DNA of 64,000 nucleotides from Octopus sinensis (Eukaryota): the NCBI RefSeq assembly GCF_006345805.1, contig NC_043002.1, positions 117,366,001-117,430,000 on the forward strand. Direction: 5' to 3'. The stretch's first letter is position 1, and every line of letters starts with the position of its first letter. The position numbers were made by a program, and so were the translations under genes. This document shows, piece by piece, positions 63,207-64,000 of the stretch. Below the pieces are notes generated by a model. It saw only the letters and a program-made list of their open reading frames with translations. It searched no databases and had not been told where the DNA came from.

Positions 63207-64000
63207 GCACGCATACATATGTACAGAAAGACTGATAGAAAGCACAGGCACGTAGTCCCCTTCTTAATCATATGGTTTTGAGTTCAGTCCCAGTGCATGG
63301 CAACATCGCCAAGTATCACTTATGATAACCAAGATTGACCAAATCCTTGTGAGTGAATTTGATAGATGGAACCTGTAAGAAATCTATCTATATAATATTT
63401 GTGTATATCTGTTTATGTTTGTGCTCTATAAAAGTTGCAAGCTACAAGGTTTGCTGTTGTCATTTCTCTGGTTGACAAATTGTCTGCTTCAAGCCTTTCA
63501 AGACATGTGTAATTAAGAGATTCCTTATTTAAAACACAGTCAAGTGTTAATGACAGGAAAGGCATCTGGTTGTGAAAGAATACTTCAATCATTTTTTCAT
63601 TTAAAACATACTTGACTCAAAAAAACATGTAAATCAAACAAGACATATTCAAATACATTCATGTATTTGATGATATTTATATGTATATATACATATGATA
63701 TATGTATATATGATTGAAATATATATATATATATGATGCGTATATATATATATATGTAAGTATATATATGTATGTATATATATATATATGTATGTATATA
63801 TATATGTATGTATATATATATATGTATGTATATATATAGTTAGTTAATTTTTTGGCTCAAAAAGCAAAAATATATATAATATTTATATATGTATAATATA
63901 TATGTACAATAAAATTATATATATAAGATACGTATATATATATATATATGGGCACAGGAAAAAAGTGTGTTAATGTCTGGGAGATTTTTTTGGTAGTAGA

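Overview
AT-rich, microsatellite-rich animal genomic DNA. The RTE LINE, tRNA-SINE and mariner repertoire is most consistent with an octopus; this is inferred from repeat content, not proven. The window holds nine coding exons (2-10, + strand, 3217-56120, all GT-AG) of one class I phosphatidylinositol transfer protein gene (PITPNA/PITPNB/vibrator type). Exon 1 was not found and probably lies upstream. The introns are packed with decayed mobile DNA: RTE LINEs, four mariners, Tc1/ITm fragments, a Gypsy LTR element nested in a Tc1, a Penelope-like GIY-YIG element, SINEs, MITEs and foldback elements. A Helitron relic and a hAT MITE lie downstream of the gene. No autonomous element looks intact. The most unusual signals are: (i) several TA-microsatellite-embedded elements, mostly palindromic, carrying minimal Penelope-type hammerhead ribozyme folds in three sequence families, one with a repeated non-canonical core; (ii) a 4-kb intronic satellite in which every unit mimics a 3' splice site followed by a donor-like hexamer; (iii) variable-number 61-bp double-hairpin repeats in RTE 3' UTRs; (iv) a -1 frameshift signal in the Gypsy element; (v) a Cys-Pro-rich loop insertion in the PITP. 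All coordinates and alignments were made by eye. Exon boundaries are exact; many repeat boundaries are approximate.
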